Shown: in pieces, positions 57,274 through 60,340 of the stretch | Numbering within the stretch: position 1 is the first letter of the stretch | How the letters are laid out: each line of letters begins with the position of its first letter | Origin: an uncultured virus (IMG/VR IMGVR_UViG_3300021599_001640) | Lineage: Duplodnaviria; Heunggongvirae; Uroviricota; Caudoviricetes | Strand: one strand, 5' to 3' | Length of the DNA stretch: 60,340 nucleotides | IMG/VR virus record: IMGVR_UViG_3300021599_001640 | Notes under the pieces: generated by a model | What the model was told of the DNA's origin: nothing | The model's database searches: none | Seen by the model: the letters and a program-made list of their open reading frames with translations, nothing else | Program-made: the position numbers and the translations under genes

Positions 57274-57924
57274 ATGAAACTAATTACCGAAGAAGTAACG
57301 AATGTAAAAATTATCACTGAAGGAAAAGGTGATAATAAAAAACTTTATATTGAAGGAGTATTTCTCCAAGGAGAAATTAAAAACCGTAATGGGAGAATGT
57401 ATCCCATCACTGTTCTCTCTCGTGAGGTTGATCGTTATAATGAACAGTTTGTATCTAAAGGTCGCGCTTTAGGAGAACTCGGACACCCCGATGGTCCTAC
57501 TGTAAACCTTGATCGTGTTTCACATAAAATCACTTCTCTCACTCAAGAGGGAAATAATTTTATCGGTAAAGCACAAATTTTGAATACTCCAATGGGAAAA
57601 ATTGCATCCTCACTTCTTGATGAAGGTGTAATGCTTGGCGTTTCTTCTCGTGGTGTTGGTTCACTCCAAACAACTAGTGAAGGTCACAAAGTAGTTGGTG
57701 AAGATTTTATGCTTGCTACTGCAGCTGATATCGTCGCTGATCCTTCTGCTCCAGATGCTTTTGTTTCTGGAATCATGGAAGGAAAAGAGTGGGTTTGGGA
57801 AGGTGGAATCCTTCGTGAACAACTCGTTTCAAAAACTCAAAAGAGAATTAATACTCTTGTTGATCAAAGAAGACTTGATGAACAGAAGTTAAATCTGTTT
57901 AATGAGTTTTTATCAAATCTATAA
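57274..57924 (+). CDS. gp21: Prohead core protease
   Basis: MKLITE; NRNGRMYP; ALGELGHP; GVSSRGVGS; DIVADPSAPDAFV. Confidence 0.97.
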   Translation: MKLITEEVTNVKIITEGKGDNKKLYIEGVFLQGEIKNRNGRMYPITVLSREVDRYNEQFVSKGRALGELGHPDGPTVNLDRVSHKITSLTQEGNNFIGKAQILNTPMGKIASSLLDEGVMLGVSSRGVGSLQTTSEGHKVVGEDFMLATAADIVADPSAPDAFVSGIMEGKEWVWEGGILREQLVSKTQKRINTLVDQRRLDEQKLNLFNEFLSNL

Positions 57925-57926
57925 AT

Positions 57927-57934
57927 TATAAATA
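57927..57934 (+). promoter_or_regulatory. Late promoter TATAAATA before gp22/gp23
   Basis: Perfect T4 late consensus, intergenic. Confidence 0.85.
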
Positions 57935-57969
57935 AATACAGATTATACAAAGGTAATCGGAGAGTACAA

Positions 57970-59145
57970 ATGTCCCGTGGTAAGAATTTACAAGAAATGG
58001 AAACCGGCACTTCACAATCCAAAACTGCTGTAAACGCTAATGCAGCTGCAGCAGAAGCACCACACAAGAGTGCAACCCCTGTTGCAACTCCTGGACAAAC
58101 TGGTGCTTGGGAAGATCTTGGCGGTCCAACCCCAGAAAACAGTCGTCCAGATGACAACTCAAATACTTTAAAAACTCCAGGTGCAACCCTGAAGCAAGTT
58201 AAAGATGTTGTCAATGCTAAAGCTGCTGCAGCTGAAGCTCCTCAAACTTCTGCAACTCCTGTTTCAACACCAGGTCAAGGTGGTGGAATGAAGGAAGAAG
58301 TAGAAGAAGATGAGGATCTAGTTGAAGAAGAAGAAACTGAAGCGACTGAAGAAGAAACAGAAGCAACAGAAGAATCTGAAGAGGGTGCTGAAGAAGTGGT
58401 AGAAGAAGATGTAGATTCTATCATTGAAGAGGATGTAAATGCTCTCCTATCTGGCGAAGAAGAACTCTCCGAAGAGTTTAAAGAAAAGGCAAAGCTTGTA
58501 TTTGAAGCTGCCCTTCACGCCAAAACAAAAGAAATTCAATCAGTAATGGAAGAGCACTATGCTACTGCTCTTGCAGAAGAGGTTGAAGAAATTAAACTAG
58601 AACTAACCGAGCGTGTTGATTCATACCTAGAGTATGTTGCATCCGAATGGTTAGAAGAAAATGCTCTCGCAGTTGAAAGTGGTCTCAAAACTGAGATCAC
58701 CGAGTCCTTCATCAATGGTATGAAGGGACTTTTTGAAGCACATTATGTATCAATGCCTGAAGAGAAATATGATGTTCTAGAGAGCATGGTAGAAAAACTT
58801 GATGAAATGGAGACAAAACTCAACGAGCAAATTCAAAGAAATATTGCTCTTAACAAGAAACTTGCAGAATCTGCTGCTGACAGCATTTTCAATCAGGTTT
58901 CCGAGGGTCTCGCTCTTTCCCAAAAGGATAAGCTTGCAAGCCTCGTAGAAAGTGTTGAGTTTGAGAGTGAAGATGACTATTACCAGAAACTGGTAACTCT
59001 TAGGGAGTCTTATTTCCCAAGAAATGCTGGTATTCCAGCAAACGAGACGGAAAATCTATCAGAAGAAGCGAATTTCCAAGAGGTGACTCATTCACCTTCT
59101 ATGGACGCTTATTTGCGTGCGCTTTCCAACGTTGCTAAAAAGTGA
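57970..59145 (+). CDS. gp22: Prohead core scaffold protein
   Basis: EDLGGPTPEN; acidic stretch; LSEEFKEKA..FEAA; VDSYLEYV..EW. Confidence 0.95.
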   Translation: MSRGKNLQEMETGTSQSKTAVNANAAAAEAPHKSATPVATPGQTGAWEDLGGPTPENSRPDDNSNTLKTPGATLKQVKDVVNAKAAAAEAPQTSATPVSTPGQGGGMKEEVEEDEDLVEEEETEATEEETEATEESEEGAEEVVEEDVDSIIEEDVNALLSGEEELSEEFKEKAKLVFEAALHAKTKEIQSVMEEHYATALAEEVEEIKLELTERVDSYLEYVASEWLEENALAVESGLKTEITESFINGMKGLFEAHYVSMPEEKYDVLESMVEKLDEMETKLNEQIQRNIALNKKLAESAADSIFNQVSEGLALSQKDKLASLVESVEFESEDDYYQKLVTLRESYFPRNAGIPANETENLSEEANFQEVTHSPSMDAYLRALSNVAKK

Positions 59146-59211
59146 TTTTTAGATAATACTCAAACCGCAGTTCAACAACACTTTTAACAGAGGTATTAAA
59201 AACAAACACAA

Positions 59212-60340
59212 ATGTTAATGGAGAAGTGGGCTCCAGTTCTAGACTTCGACGGTCTAGGAGAAATCAAAGATTCCCACAGACGTGCAGTAACTGCACAAAT
59301 GCTCGAGAACCAAGAGAGAGAACTCCGTGAGTCTGCTGAGTTCCTCGGCGAAGCTTCCCCAGTTAACTCTGCCGGTACCGGTGGATTTAGTGGTGGTGCT
59401 ACTGCTGGTGGTCCAGTTGCTGGTTTCGATCCAGTTCTAATCAGCCTCATTCGTCGTTCGATGCCTAACCTCATCGCTTATGACATCTGTGGCGTTCAAC
59501 CAATGAGTGGTCCTACTGGACTCATCTTCGCAATGCGTTCCCGCTACGATAACCAGTCTGGTACTGAGACCTTCTTCGATGAAGTAGATACCACCTTCTC
59601 TGGTCAGAACAACAGCCGCAACCTTTCCAGCGGATTCTCCGATGGTCTAGTTGGTTTCGGTACAACCAACCAGGATGGAACCAATCCTAACGTTCTCAAT
59701 CCAGTTGGAACCGCAACAACCAACCCATCTCCATACAACGTTGGTCAGGGTATGGCGACTGGTGAATCAGAAGCTCTTGGAGATGCTGCTGCTAATGCCT
59801 TCAACCAGATGGCATTCAGCATCGAGAAGGTAACCGTAACTGCTAAGTCACGCGCCCTCAAGGCTGAGTATTCACTAGAACTCGCTCAAGACCTCAAGGC
59901 AATTCATGGTCTAAATGCAGAAGCAGAACTTGCTAACATTCTCTCCACTGAGATCCTCGCAGAAATCAACAGAGAAGTTATCAGAACCATCTATAAGGTT
60001 GCTGAGCAAGGTGCTGCTGTTAACACCGCTACTGCTGGTGTATTCGACCTTGACGTTGACTCTAATGGTCGTTGGTCCGTTGAGAAGTTCAAGGGTCTAC
60101 TCTTCCAAATCGAGCGTGATGCTAACGCAATCGCACAAAGAACTCGTAGAGGAAAGGGCAACACCATCATCTGTTCTGCAGACGTTGCTTCCGCACTAAC
60201 CATGGCCGGTGTACTTGATTACACCCCTGCACTCAACGCTAACCTTAACGTTGATGACACTGGTAACACCTTCGCTGGTGTTCTCCAAGGTAAGTATCGT
60301 GTATACATTGACCCATATGCTGCTAACGTTGCTGCTGATC
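59212..60340 (+). CDS. gp23: Major capsid protein (3'-truncated; not in the ORF track)
   Basis: Own translation from ATG 59212: MLMEKWAPVLD...GFDPVLISLIRRSMPNLIAYDICGVQPMSGPTGLIFAMRSRY...FSIEKVTVTAKSRALKAEYSLELAQDLKAIHGL...TRRGKGN; open to the window end. Confidence 0.98.
   Translation, partial: MLMEKWAPVLDFDGLGEIKDSHRRAVTAQMLENQERELRESAEFLGEASPVNSAGTGGFSGGATAGGPVAGFDPVLISLIRRSMPNLIAYDICGVQPMSGPTGLIFAMRSRYDNQSGTETFFDEVDTTFSGQNNSRNLSSGFSDGLVGFGTTNQDGTNPNVLNPVGTATTNPSPYNVGQGMATGESEALGDAAANAFNQMAFSIEKVTVTAKSRALKAEYSLELAQDLKAIHGLNAEAELANILSTEILAEINREVIRTIYKVAEQGAAVNTATAGVFDLDVDSNGRWSVEKFKGLLFQIERDANAIAQRTRRGKGNTIICSADVASALTMAGVLDYTPALNANLNVDDTGNTFAGVLQGKYRVYIDPYAANVAAD

Noticed and set aside
1..60340. 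tRNA/rRNA genes, mobile elements, stop-codon recoding
   Set aside because: Intergenic gaps are all under ~100 nt with no cloverleaf seen; no transposase or integrase; genes end normally at TAA or TGA and core genes are unbroken under the standard code.

Overview
This window is a ~60 kb, AT-rich, entirely plus-strand late (virion) module of a T4-like myovirus, most likely a cyanophage (Kyanoviridae-type gene order and sequences). Gene order: gp6 (5'-truncated), a giant gp7-like wedge initiator (4303 aa), gp8, a VrlC-like protein (2560 aa), five accessory structural genes, a 4910-aa tail fibre/tailspike, gp13-14-15, gp16, an accessory insert, gp17, a Zn-ribbon ORF, gp18-19-20, two small head genes, gp21, gp22 and gp23 (3'-truncated). 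T4-type late promoters ((A/C)TAAATA) precede most units. Main finding: the giant fibre carries four helical domains resembling phycobiliproteins. Each keeps both the C-x-R-D (Cys84-like) motif and a C-terminal Cys155-like motif. They are nested inside one another and inserted in the cap of a beta-helix domain, and a degenerate fifth copy sits in gp7, which suggests a possibly bilin-chromophorylated virion appendage. Other findings: a 58-aa NblA-like ORF missing from the ORF track; a probable gp21-cleaved polyprotein of small Cys-pair modules next to an internal-protein-like gene; a G-[IVLF]-[GAS]-[TS] motif concentrated in exterior virion proteins; a ~1,080-aa pentapeptide-periodic stalk; and a terminator/late-promoter/RBS overlap before gp13. 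All family calls come from recalled motifs and synteny; no database search was run.
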